A stretch of DNA of 64,000 nucleotides, from assembly GCA_004022145.1 (NCBI GenBank), contig RCNU01000004.1; one strand, written 5' to 3'. Source of the stretch: Paecilomyces variotii. Its lineage: Eukaryota. The position numbers were made by a program, and so were the translations under genes. How positions within the stretch are numbered: position 1 is the first letter of the stretch; each line of letters opens with the position of its first letter. Below are positions 48,853 to 61,596 of the stretch, one piece after another. The notes beneath the pieces were generated by a model. The model saw only the letters and a list, made by a program, of their open reading frames with translations. It did no database searches and was not told where the DNA came from.

Positions 48853-50321
48853 ATGGTTAACTTCAAAGGAGCTGCGTTTGCAGCCATTGCTGTACTTACC
48901 AGCGTCTGTTATGCCCTCAACACCACGCTACCGGCCCCTGTGCTGGTCAATTTAGACACAATGGGATCAGGACCGAGCGAGACTGTTGTCGGGGGTCTCT
49001 ATCGGCCAAACAAGATCGGACCGAGAGCAGGTAATAACATCTCTCACCATATATATATACATATGGAATATATATATAGGTATAGATAGATATGTAACAG
49101 CGCAAGTAACAGACAAGAACAGAAATTGCAGTCTTTGTCATGCATTCCGAAAGCGACTACATCGACTTCTCCGTGTGCACCCAGCTTGCGGAGCGAGGAT
49201 ACACGGTCTTCTGCGCTGATGACGGATGCAGCAAATGGACCGGCGCGAGCGATGTAGCTTTCGAACAAATGATGCTTTCCGTCGCTACTGGCGTGGACTA
49301 TCTCCGCAACCTGACTGAAATCAGCAAGGTCGTCCTATGGGGACATAGCGGCGGCGGCGCGATGATGTCTGCTTACCAGAACATCGCAGAGAACGGTCTT
49401 GTAGCATGCAATGGAACAGAGAAGATCTATCCCTGCACGTCTGCCCTAGAAGACCTTCCAGCCGCTGACGGAGTGATGCTGATTGATGCCAACTATGGCC
49501 TCTCGACGATGGTGCTCCTGAGTCTCGGGGCCGAGATCATCAATGAGAGATCCGGCCTGCATGTTGACTACAACCTCAGCGTCTACAATCCCGCCAACGG
49601 CTTCAATGCCTCTGGAGCCAGTCACTATACCCCCGAATTCACCAAAGCTTTCCAATCCGCCGTGGCGCGTCGTATGCAGCGACTCATCGCATATGCGGAG
49701 GGCCGCCTCGCGGCGATCAACGCAGGAAACGCAACCTTCTCCGACGACGAAGACATGCAGATCGTCGATGCCGCCTACGGAGTCCAGAACAACAAGTTCT
49801 TCGCCCAGGACCCGAGATTCCTCTCGCGCACCGTCTACCCTTGGCCGCTCCTGCATAAGAACGGCTCTACCACGAGGGAAATCGTCCACAGCGTGCGTGT
49901 GCCGACGAATTTTGGTCCCACCGAAGCTGGCTCCTACTTGAACGGCGCGATCAAGACCAGCGTCAAGCGATTTCTCAACGGGTACGCTATTCGAGTCACC
50001 GATGACTTCTCCTATAACGAAACCAGCTTCACGGGTATTCAATGGAACTCGAGCCACATGGTTCCGATCCAAGCTGTTCCCGGTATCAAGGTGCCGCTGC
50101 TCACTATGGGTATGACGGGACATTGGGAGTACCTGAATGCCGAGAAGATATATCTCAATTCCGGTAGCAATGACACGACTATTTGCTTTGTTGAGGGCGC
50201 GCAGCACACGATTGACACCTGCACGGAATGCGAGACCTATCCGGGAGAGTATGGAGACACAACCAAGACGGCGTATGACTACATGGCGAATTGGCTGGGG
50301 AAGGAAGGACGCTTCCTCTAA
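48853..50321 (+). CDS. Secreted alpha/beta-fold hydrolase of unknown specificity, about 458 aa, 2 exons
   Basis: Signal peptide MVNFKGAAFAAIAVLTSVCYA; nucleophile elbow VVLWGHSGGG; C-terminal VEGAQH (candidate catalytic His). An AT-repeat-rich intron 49031-49122 restores the frame, although its branch point is weak. Confidence 0.8.
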
Positions 50322-51097
50322 GTTAATGCCTTCGTAAGATTGTAAAGCATTGTCCTGTCTTTTGTGATGTGATGGTATAATTTAAACTCCGATCTTGGCG
50401 GCTGTGTACCTAATATATATATATTAGGTTAGTCCTAGTGATACTTCAGTAATGCCAGATGACGATATTCCAGAATAACAATAATCAAGCAGGCAGACAC
50501 TATTTCTACAAAGACGAAATCCGATCTCACTAGCATTGTTTTGGTAAGTAACTACATTAGATGCTTTTGCGGTAAAACTGTAGTTCAATAATTTTGGTTT
50601 GATTCCGTGCTCGAGTATTCGATACAGGGCAGAACTCCCCTTGAGGAGAATACCACTAATTCAGGTAAACTAATAGGACTAGCTCTGCTCCGAGCATAAT
50701 AATTATTCTTGATTCAGATAGATAGATAGTACTCTGCAGTTACGGTCAAAGAGTCGTCCGCATGATCCTTTTCGTCAGGGGTTACCCGCCGTGTCTTGGC
50801 ATGCCGGCCTAGTTTATCGGAGAGACCACTCTAATGTTTCAGCCAGATACGGCTAGGACAGACCATGTAAGCCTCTGATTTTGGACTTTGGAGTCTGAAA
50901 AGGTGGCTTGGAAGTGAATTGACACTGATGGATATGTACACAAAGAGTAAATACATAAAAGTCAGTTGTGGCTGTACTTGGTTAGCCATATTGACCGCAG
51001 CCCGCTGCGGAATTCCGCCGACTTTTGTCTATTTTGATTATTAGTAAATGAAGTAAAAATGATTCTCCGATGGCCAATGTCTGAATAGATCAGAGGA

Positions 51098-52203
51098 TCA
51101 CTCAACACCACCTTCTTCCTCCTCCTCTTCCTCACTGCTGACTTCCTCGCCTTCAGCAATGGCCTTCTCGCGCCTCTTACGAGCGCGTTCCCGCTTCTTC
51201 TCGAGCAGGCGGTTGAGCTTCTTTGCGACATTGAACACACCTCCGGTTCCAGCACCGCAGGCTGCACAGGACGGGTTCTTCCGATACCGTTGTAGGGCGC
51301 AGGACTCGCAGAAGTAGTGTCCGCATTTCGTGATGATGGGACTCTTGTATGGTCCTTTGCAGATGATACAGGCGAACGGGATGCTCTCGAGCAACTCATC
51401 GTCATCGTCATCCTCGTCATCCTCCGCCGTCTTGCCGCGCTTGCTTTGTGACGCCACCGTCCGTCCAGCGAGTTTCTTGCCCTTGGTCCCGATCTCCCAC
51501 TCGCGGTCGAGTTCCCATCCTTGCTTGTAGTCCTCGCGCGCGTGGAGGAACTTGCAAGAATCTCCAAAGCCGCAGAACCCTGTGGTCTTGTAACTGTGAG
51601 ATTTTCAGATTAGAACAGCTCCTACAAGTGGAATATGGACTAGGACGGGAGAAAGACTCACTCTTTGCAGACATCAGGAGCAAAATCCATGACCGTCACT
51701 GTGCGCACGTTGGTCGGGGCCTTCATGGGCCCGACCTGCTTCGTGGGAGCATTGGGATTCTTCTGGATGAACGATGTGTAGTTTGCGGCACCCTTGTAGG
51801 TGCCATCGGGAGCTGACGGGGCTGACGGGTTCGATCTGGTGTTTCCCAAGAGGTTCTTCGCGCTCAAGTCATCCTCCTTGCCTTCATCATACCAGTTTGA
51901 CTGTTTGGTCGCGTCGTTGCCCGCTGGGATAGGTACAACCGATGTGGCGGCGGGTTGGTCATGCACGATATCCTTTCGAATCTGATTGTCCGCGGAGGAT
52001 GCTGTCACGACGGCATTCTTGCGTCTCCGCTTGATCCTGCGACCCTCCTCGTCGTCTGAGGACACAAAGCTCGAGTCTGAGTCCGAGTCTGCGGCCGGGG
52101 GTGGGGTGGCAGCCTTCTTGCGCAGGCTGGACTTGGCTTTGGCAGAGCGCTTCTTGAAGGCGAACTGCGGGACGTCTGCAGCTGTCTCGGCTTCCTCCGC
52201 CAT
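51098..52203 (-). CDS. cwc24: Pre-mRNA splicing factor Cwc24/RNF113 (CCCH zinc finger + RING), 2 exons
   Basis: [45 protein letters not shown] (CCCH, split by an intron at about 51661-51594) and PFACIICK..TKCGHYFCESCA..CAAC (RING). Confidence 0.95.
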
Positions 52204-54084
52204 GATCGGTTGACGCAGACAGCCCAGGGGGTGGATTCAATTTCAGAGGGACGGGGATCAGTCGACCGACGCAGCTTCGAGAAACTATGTAAACTAATTA
52301 GTAGTTGGCTAGCTAAGTTAGCCTTGGAGTAATTAATTCATGATCATGGAGGAGGAGGAGCCCCATCTCCCGAGGAGCCGCGGATGACATAAGCGAAGCT
52401 TCCACGTGACTTCTGTACAGGTGGGCTCTGCTGAGTCAGCATGATTAGCTGGCTTGTTTTTATTTATTTTATTTGAGTTATTTGAGTTAGTACTAAGTAT
52501 CATCATCATCATCATTATTTTCTAGCATCCCTCCCTAGTCACTATGCAGTTAGTATCTACTGTACTAATTGCAGAAAGTCATCACTAGCTAGTTCACTCC
52601 CAGTTAGTCTGTGACTTAGCCTGTCCATGAAGCGAAGCGAGCGCCGAAGAAGAAATCATGGAACTTCGGGAAGCGCCTCAGCCCTTCGACGGGCTGGCAG
52701 AGCTTATTAGATATTAGTTAGTCTATCTAGGGCAGATTCGATCATCTCCAACCTAAATAATAATATGATGTCTCGAGTACCTAGGTCCTAGGTAGGAATT
52801 CTGACTCTATCGCATCCCGAAAGTTTACTTTTGACACCTCGCGAGCCCTGGTTTCACGGAGACTAGCGGGTTTGGCCATCGAGATTAATTGATTGATTGA
52901 TTGATTTCCTCTTGCTTCCCCCCCGATCGATGATTCAGATGCTGGTCATGTAGATCGACTCCAAAGTAGCGAACTAAACGAAACACTGCCCACCTGCACC
53001 CGCACGGCCCCTGGGGGAAATGAAGCGCAACAGCAGGAACTAATAATACTACTACTACTAACTACTACTACTAACTTACGGAGTACTACTAAGGCGTTCT
53101 CTCTGTGTCCCTTCCCTTCCCTTCTCTTTGACTGACTCCCCTCGTCCACTCGCCCCCTCTCTTTTTCCTTGTCCCTTTTCCCTTTTCCCTTGTTTCCCCC
53201 CAACCTATTCCATTAGTTATTGCCAGTAACTTAACTTAATCATCAGCCCCCTTGTGGCTATTATTTCTCTTTTCTTCTCCTTCGTCTCCCCTCCTCCCCA
53301 CGACGAGAAACGAATCCCACTTCGGGCTCGTCGTAGTCGATTTCGTAGCAGCACATCCGCCCCTCCTTCGTGACGTCCCTCTTTCCGATGTTGCTGTGAG
53401 TTTTCGACTTTTCAGCTCCTCCGCTCGTTTCACCCCCTTCGTTCCGTACAGCTGGCGTGGTTGTCAGTGCAGAAAGTAGAGAGAGAAAGTGTCAGTCAGT
53501 CTCGTCGGGGTTGCGATCTCTCTCACGGCCAGCACACACAAGCCCCTCTGGTTGGCCGCCACCCTCTCGATCCGCCACAACGCGTACCGTCCCCCGAGAC
53601 GCCCGATCCGGATTCCTATCAACAACACAACGCACCGTCTTAGGGCCAAAGCAAAGCCTCACTCTCTCTTCTTTTCCCCGACCGCTGACTTTGCAGTCCG
53701 TCTGTCTTGTCGGCCCTGTGGGTTCGCTTTCCCCTTCGACGCCGCCGTCCCGTCGAGACGAAGATCAACCAACCCCCCTTCTGACGTGTTCGTCCTGTTG
53801 GTCATTTTCGTCCACACGGGTAGGGCTGCGCCGGCGTCTTTTGCGCCCGGAGCATCGACACTCTCAATCGCTGGTCGGCTCACCATCATCGAGAAGTCGA
53901 CAGGGGAAAAAAAGAAGTCTGCTGAAACAGGGAGTGCGCGTGGCAGGTGGATGATGGTACTGGTGTAACACGTGGAACGAAGTGAGCAGCCTTTTCTTTT
54001 AACGAGACGACGTTGGGGTATCTACGGCAGCTCTGCCCTCGAGCCGGAGGACGAGAGACTGCCTGAACCTGCTGCAGTTTCCGG

Positions 54085-57000
54085 ATGGCGGCTTCGATCG
54101 CGGATCCTTCAATTGAGTCGCGCGAGCGACGAGGCAGCGGTGCTGCTGTCGATTCCGCCATGGACGACCCATTCGTGTCCGCCTCGGACGAGGCGACGAT
54201 TCCTCGCGACTCCCACCGGTATTCGACCTTCGATACGCAACTCTTCAGTCTGAATGCTTCTTCCCCGGCTCAGGCCAAGCGTGCCCTTGAGGCGCATCTG
54301 GCAGAGACGGAGAGGAGGCTGGAAGATGCGTCCCGTCTAGGGACGGCGCTGGTCCAGCAGCAGAAGGAGTTGTCCGACAAGCTCAAGGAGATAGAACACC
54401 AACAGGATGAAGGCGAAATTGGGCCGGAGCTCCGCCAGAAACTCGTCGATCTAGAGAGAGAATACAATGAGATCGGTCGCGAGTCTGCGCGAGCCTTTCT
54501 GGCTCCGAAGCGTCTGGTGAGCGGTGCCGAAGAGAACGGGTTGGCTACGCCCTCTGTGGATCTGAAGGTATGCTTAAGCAATCGGGTGGTAAATCTCTTT
54601 GCGATTTTAACTCAGCGTTGCAGTCGCCAGCTAGTCCGGCGTTGTTCTCGGGTCAAGCGGTCAACTCTCCTTCCAAGGTCGTCAGTGTTCAATCGCGGAA
54701 ACAGCGCAACCAACCGTCGAGCCGCATCCACGATATCGAATTCGCGACAGAAATCTCGACTTCACTGCTTGCCCAGGTCCGGCAACTCCAAGCGCTTCTT
54801 GCGGAACGTGAGGAAACCCTGAAATCGGTCAATCTGGAGAAGTCGAGACTGGAGCTGGAAGCGGAGGGGTTCTCTCAGCGGATCCGCGCTCTCGACGAGA
54901 GTGAGCAACGCTACAAGGATGAGAACTGGAGCTTGGAAACGCAGACGCACGAGCTCATGGCGGCCATCAAGGAGGCTGCGGAGCGGGAGAACCGGCTTAA
55001 CAGCAGCTTGAGCGCCATGACCGAGGACAAGAACGCCGTGCAACGAGAGCTAGAGGAGCTGAAGCAGGTCAATGGCAAGCTGGCGGAAGAACAAGCCGCC
55101 GCACAAAAGGCTCACGATGCGGAGCTCCATCTTCTCCGAAGGAACCTGAGCGCTGGTGATGCTGAAAAGCTCACCTTGCAGGCCAAGGTTGATGAGTTGA
55201 CCTCGCAGAACCAGGAGCTTGCTAAGGCTGTGGCCATGCGCTTGCGCCAGCAAGAAACTGACACCACGCACATGTTTACTCCTATCCACGAGCCTGAGAT
55301 GGATGACCAGTCGACTCCGGAGAATTCGCCGCCAGTGTCGCCCAACAAGCCAACTCCTCGTCACAATCATCTGGAGTCCGAGACGCTGCGGTCTTCCCTG
55401 GGCCATGCTCATCGTATGATCCAAAACCTGAAGAGCAACATCCACAGGGAGAAGACGGAGAAGATCGAGCTGAAGCGCATGTTACAAGACGCCCGCGACG
55501 AGCTGGAGACACGCCGTCGTGAGGCCCAGGCGCCGCAGGCTGCACCCAAGCGCTCCAACAGATTCAAGCAGGAGGCGTTCAAGAAGCCCCCGCGTCCCGA
55601 AATGTTGGGCCACGGAAAGCGCAGAACTGAGATCGAAATCGATGAACCAGACTGGGAGGACCATGTCAGCGAAGTCAGCCCTACCCGGTCAGCTGCATCA
55701 AGGAAACCAAACGGCTCTCCCGTTGTTAGTTCGACGACCGATCCTAGCTCTGCTTACCAGACTGCTACGGAAAATGATGACGCCTTTGAGACCGCCCACG
55801 AACGTGAAACGACTACGGAGAGTGACGCTTTCCAGACCGGAATTGAGAGTATGGATGATGGCGAAACCACTGACGAGCTGACTGAGACCGAGGACCGCCA
55901 TGGAGGGTCGCTGCAGAGGCGGATGCCGTCTGCGCTCACACTCAGGCAAGCCGGAGACCGGACTTCCTTCCAGAGTACGGCTTCGACCTCCGCGGATGAA
56001 GACGAGGGGCCGTACTCGCCAATCCAAGCGCAACCACAACGCTACCGCTTGAAGATGAACAGAGGTGCCTTCAGACGGATCCGTCCGTCTGGCGAAGCCC
56101 CAATGGCCTCGGAGAGTGACGCTGGTAGTGCGCGGGACTCTCCCGCGACGAGTTTCCAGGAGCTTGCAGCTCCAGCAGGCCAGAGCCTCTTTGCGGAGCT
56201 TGGAGAATTGGAGACGCCCGGCAGCGAAGGAGAGTTCGACCTTTCCGCACGCTCGAGAACGGCCTCTCTGGCTTCTACGTCTCGCTTTACGGCCGCATAC
56301 GACTCTAGGCGACAATCAGAGGTGGAGATGCCTCCAGTACCTAGGCCTGTCATGGTAGATAGTGGAATGATGACGGAGCCATGGGAGACAGCGTCAACAA
56401 CTGGAACTGCTACTGAGGGTTCCTCTACTCCTACCGCTCCCATGACGCCGCAGAAAGCAGACGAGCCCAGGTTGGTCAACTCGGCAACGCAATGGACGCC
56501 ATTGAGGGCTTCCCCGGCACTGAACGGGGAACATCTGACAACCGTGCCCACCCCACCCAAGACGATATGGGATGAGACTCTTCCTGGCGTGCGCCGAGAG
56601 GTCGAGGATGGTGAATCGACCGCCCCTGAGCCACCAGCCATGGAAGTATCGCCGATTTTCGCAGAGGAGATCGTGCCAGCAGCGCCTACCATGCCCTCCT
56701 TGAGTCTCTCGTCAGTCTTCACTCAAACAACAGAGCCCGTACAGGTCGCGAAGCCCGAAGTCGCAGAACGCGAGACGCAGACGCAGTCGGTACCCGAACT
56801 GATTGTGTCTCCCGTTTATACTGAGCAGACCGAACCCTCACCACCGTTGTCTCCAGAGGTACCCGTGCAATCCGTGCCTCAACTTTCGTTCTCGACTATC
56901 CACTCAGCGGAAACAGTCCCAGTGCAGCCAGTCACCCCCTCTGTTGTTGTCGGTGGATTCAGTGCTATCGAGGAGGATTCCCCTGTTGGAAGACCAGCGA

Positions 57001-57299
57001 CCGCAACGCAGGCTAAGAATGCAAGCCGCAACACAGCTGTGCTGGTTGCCCCTGATGCTGACGTCAAAGAAGACGCGAGCAAGGAGGAACCCACCCAGAA
57101 GGATGCAAACCTGCCTCTTGGTGATATCTCAGGAAACGCCGCTCTTCGTGACATGAAGTCTGCGCCCAAGTATGTTAATACGGACCATGGAGCCCAGACG
57201 ATTCTGTCATCCAAGCAGATTGACCAGCTGCTCTTGGACCGTGAAGCGGCACGATCTGTGTCTGCACCACCACCGTCCGATCAGGCAAGAGAAATCACG

Positions 57300-57332
<33 letters not shown>

Positions 57333-58738
57333 ACTACTCCCAAGGCAAAGGCCCCCGTCTCTCTCCACGAATCAGTGCCGACCCTCCAGCCAACGGCCAA
57401 GCGACCTGGCAGTGCCGCCAGCCAAAGATCTGCTACTGTCAATCACCCGCCGTTGCCCGCGGATCATCGCCAGACGATTGCAGCTGCGCAGAAGGAGGGC
57501 GCCCAAAGCACTCCTGGAGCCATGGGTCCTCCTCTTGCCCCTGCCTCCGCCTACAAGCAGACGCGGCCACGTACCCCCAACGATCAGGCGTCGCAGACGA
57601 CGAGTAACTCGAAATACACTTCTGTCCGTACAACTGGCACCCGGCGTGGGAGTCAGCTCTCTCGGAGGTCCTCCGTCTCATCCTTTGCTTCGGAGCTCAA
57701 CGAACGGTTCAATATGAACAGCGATCCTATGCCAGCCAATCACGGTTACGGCCCTGGTACCGATCCTCGCATGATCCAAGCCATTACGCAAACTATGATT
57801 GGTGAATTCTTGTGGAAGTATACTCGCAAGACAGTCGGGGGAGATATGTCGAACACGCGACATCGGCGGTACTTCTGGGTTCACCCGTACACGCGCACGC
57901 TGTACTGGAGCGAACAAGATCCTCAAACCGCCGGCAAGTCTGAACTCAAGGCTAAGAGTGTAGCTATTGAGGCTGTCCGAGTGATCGCCGACGACAACCC
58001 TTACCCTCCCGGTCTGCACCGGAAGAGTCTAGAGGTGGTCACTCCTGGTAGACGGGTCAAGTTCACCGCAGCCACCAGCCAGCGACACGAGACCTGGTAC
58101 AACGCGCTGTCCTATCTGTTGTTGCGTAGTAACGGTGACGACTCGGAAGAAAATGACAACATCACGTCGGATGACATCGATGAATTCAATGTTAATTGCC
58201 GTACCACATCTCGTCAGACCAATTCGCGGTTATCGTTCTCTTCCTACAACAGTCGCACCGCTAGGAACACAATGAAACCGCGTGCTGGTTCCGCTATGTC
58301 GATGCGAACGGCGGCCACGCCGGGGCGTGCCTCGCCAGCGCTGAGCGCCCCGCAAGTTTCCACCGTTCGTGGCCCCGAACAAGCACGCTCCGCTTCTCGC
58401 TTAAGCACCGTGATCAATACGACGCTTCGAGGATCGTTTTCGAGCCTCAGGGGCAGACACAGTCATGTCGAGGACACGTATGACCCGACTGTTGCTGATC
58501 ACGACAGCGCGGAGGACTTGAGACATGTGATTGAGAGACAAGAGCGCGAAGCGGACCGCTTGGAGAATGTCCGTGCCTGCTGTGATGGTGAGTGCAGAGG
58601 GATTTTCGACCCCTATGTATTGTTATTATTATGCTTTGGCATTTGGCTAACCATAGACTAGGTAAACACGATGTCAGTGCGCTCTCGAGGACTAGCCGGT
58701 ATAGCCCAAGGCTCAACCGGCATTCGCATCATCACTAG
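54085..58738 (+). CDS. apsA: Nuclear migration/cortical dynein anchor ApsA/Num1 (coiled coil + C-terminal PH domain), 3 exons
   Basis: N-terminal coiled coil (RIHDIEFATEISTSLLAQVR) and Mcp5/Num1-type PH domain (MIQAITQTMIGEFLWKYTR, RHRRYFWVHPYTRTLYWS, RHETWYNAL). LENVRACCDGKHDV is joined across intron 58588-58661. Confidence 0.92.
57303..57332 (+). repeat. (GCT)10 microsatellite encoding poly-Ala in apsA
   Basis: Seen directly. Confidence 0.9.
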
Positions 58739-59945
58739 AGTTGTCAATCCCTGTCGCGAGACTCCCGTCATCTCAACGGACCTTTCAACATAATTTTCAT
58801 TGTGGTATTCATGACTAGATTATTGGGCCAGACTGCGCTGTTCTACTAGCGACGAGTTTCCTTTGTGCACTTTTTGTGCGTCATGCATCGCTCTCGTTTC
58901 CTCGTTTCATCTGGAAGCAAATGGAGTTTCTCGGTATCCGAGGTTACCGCATCAATATATCTTGTTCTTTTTTAATTTTTTCTTGGGCTCGGGGATTTTT
59001 GAAATTGCTCGCACACCGGGCTCTTCTCCATGTCATTGATAACTCTTCCATCACTTCCGCCACCTCATCTCCCATCACCTCCATCCCCGCTCCTAATCGG
59101 TTCGGTGTCTGGCTAAGTGCCTTTCGTTTTGCTTTAATACCTATAGTGACTCCAAAAAAGACGACCGCAGACTTTCCTATGTTGACTATCCTATCGTCTT
59201 CGAGACCTCAAGGTCTTGCCATTCTCTAATCGAGCTTCATTTTCGTTTCTATTTCAATGTTCGGATCTTTCTACAGCCAACTACTCCTTGTATTTTTTTC
59301 GTCTACTTAAGCTAGTGAATCTGTAATGAAAGTGAGGTTGACACTTGTGGTGGAACATCTGGAATTGTCGTCGTAGACGAGTGTAACTAGTTAGTAAATA
59401 ACTTAGCTTGATCAGAACATTTGCTGGGACATTAGTTAGTTAACTATGCCTCTCTAATAATGTAACCTCCTTCGCCTCTAATGATGATAATAATAACAAT
59501 AGTTGGAGACGGCTATTAAGTTACATAATCGGTGAAATACTGGATTCGGCAAAACCCCGGAGACTTTTTATTTAGTATCCGAACGGAGAGAGATAAGAAG
59601 AGAGACCCACTGACATCGCAGTCTTGTCCTGGCTTCGAAGACTGGAGGAAGAAGAGGTGGAATATCTATCTCGTCTATTGAGCTGCCTTCAAGGGCCAAG
59701 CAGGGTAAGAGAGGAAAAGTCCAGCTTATCTGATTGACCACATCTTTCTTTTGCTTAAGTTTCAGCCCCCAGAAATCCTACTTTGATTTCTGATCATAAC
59801 AGAAACACCTTCCGATCACTAGTCGGTATAGTTTATGGTTAAAGACTACAACGGGATCTTTTAACTTTCACTTGATTCGAATTGGAGAAACAAGGATTGG
59901 AAAGCATCATTCCGCTTCGGCGTGAGCCCGCGTCCAGAGGAAATC

Positions 59946-61346
59946 ATGGCATCCGAAGGATACCCTACCGTCTGGGAGCGCGTCGTGGCTCTCTTTGATC
60001 CTGCTCCGTTGCTTTGGAGGTCATCTTTTGGTATGTTGAATGATCCTCCCTTTCTCACTAGTTGTTTCCATATAGTATGGGATCACTGTCGTGTCGCTAT
60101 AGCTGAGTCTTATTCGCGTCATGTCCTTCGATAATGTGTATCGAAATATGGACGACGACGACGACTACTTGTGACTCATGCTGTTTCGCATATCTATAAT
60201 GTTGCAATTTCTCTCTCCCTTCACTCTGTGATTAATACCCTCAGTGGTCTGGACTAACTCAGTAACTAACATGAAATAAATAACAGAGTACTTCCGCATC
60301 TGTCTGGAAGCTGTATTCCTGCGTGGAGAACTGTTCTCGCCGATATTCAGGACTGCAAAGCTTCGCGATGAGGCGTTTGGGAGGTTCTGGTTGAAGTTTT
60401 CTGGTAAGCTGATTGATTCTCTCTCTAATCTAGTATTGTTTCTTTTTTGGTTCCAGTAATATTTTTATTTTTGGCCAATGATGAGGTTCGACTTTCTTTT
60501 TGTGTCATTTGAGGAACGATATAGTCTCTGTTCTTGTCTTTTCCAAAGCTGGGATCATCAACCTTGTCAAGCCTTCTTCTCCCTTTCCCTTACCTCCCCT
60601 TCAACTTATTCTTGATATACAAAAACAAAAACTGTACCAAAAGAGAAAAGAATCGCAATACTAACCATACCACCACAGCGGTCGATCCCACCGCACCCCC
60701 CAAACCACCACAAGGCTCCGCAGCCCTCATCCCACCACTTCTCGCGCGAGCATCAGGAACCGTCCTCGACATCGGCCCCGGCAGCGGGACCCAAATCCCC
60801 TTACTCAAAGACGTCACTACCATCCAGACAATCTACGGCGCCGAACCCTGTATCGGCCTACACAACGAGCTCCGCTCACGTATCCTGGCCGCGAACCTGC
60901 AGGATAAATACCGTATCTTGCACTGCGGTGCCCAAAAAGAGACTTTGATTCCTGCTCTTGAGAACGCCGGCGTAGACGTTTCCTCTCCTGCCATCTTCGA
61001 TACGATCCTCTGTGTTCGTGTCCTCTGCTCGATTCCAGACCCAGACCGCACTATCGCCGATCTGTATGATCTGCTCAAACCCGGTGGCCAGCTTCTCGTG
61101 ACGGAACATGTGGTGAATCCAGGGTGGAGATCCAAGGGGAGTATTCTCGCGCGGTTAGCGCAGGCGGTTTATGAATTGCTGGGATGGGGCTTCTTCATGG
61201 GCGATTGTCATATGAATCGTGATACGGCGAGATCGTTGCGCAAGGCGGCGGAGAAGGATGGAGGGTGGGAAGTGGTGGAGTTGGAGGAGCATTTTTGGTG
61301 GTCGCCTATTATGTATATTTCGGGACGGTTGGTGAAGAAGGCTTAA
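59946..61346 (+). CDS. Class I SAM-dependent methyltransferase (METTL7/phospholipid-MT-like), 3 exons
   Basis: Motif I VLDIGPGSG, GAEP, FDTILCVRVLCS, LLKPGG..EHV and GDCHMNRD. Introns 60031-60286 and 60404-60678 keep the frame. Confidence 0.82.
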
Positions 61347-61596
61347 GATTGAAATGAAAAAATAGGAAAAAGTTTACTTTTCTTTCTTGGATGAATTGAT
61401 TGATTTCATGCGTTTATTATATGTTCTATACGATATGGGTATCTTCTAATGATCTGAACTATAATATAGAAATCGAAGTGAAGTAAAGTAACGAAAATAA
61501 TGACCAGCGCCGCTGGTTTATACAGAGATACATGGTGTTGATGATAACAGCCCAATATTGATCATTAGCTCATAGCGTGTCGCATATATTGTCGTT

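Noticed and set aside
49446..50207. 253-aa antisense ORF (also 46505-47233, 27112-27711, 56042-56722)
   Set aside because: They lie fully opposite well-supported genes and show no motifs; explained as codon-bias shadows.
42700..50900. Starship or other intact giant/LTR element
   Set aside because: No tyrosine recombinase, transposase, LTR pair or terminal repeats were seen.
60030..60286. Possible stwintron in methyltransferase intron 1 (two CTAAC..AG signals)
   Set aside because: The external intron would be only 25 nt and the product would be out of frame; ordinary splicing already works.
60478..60560. Possible intronic box C/D snoRNA (ATGATGA C box) in methyltransferase intron 2
   Set aside because: No CTGA D box at a suitable distance and no terminal stem.
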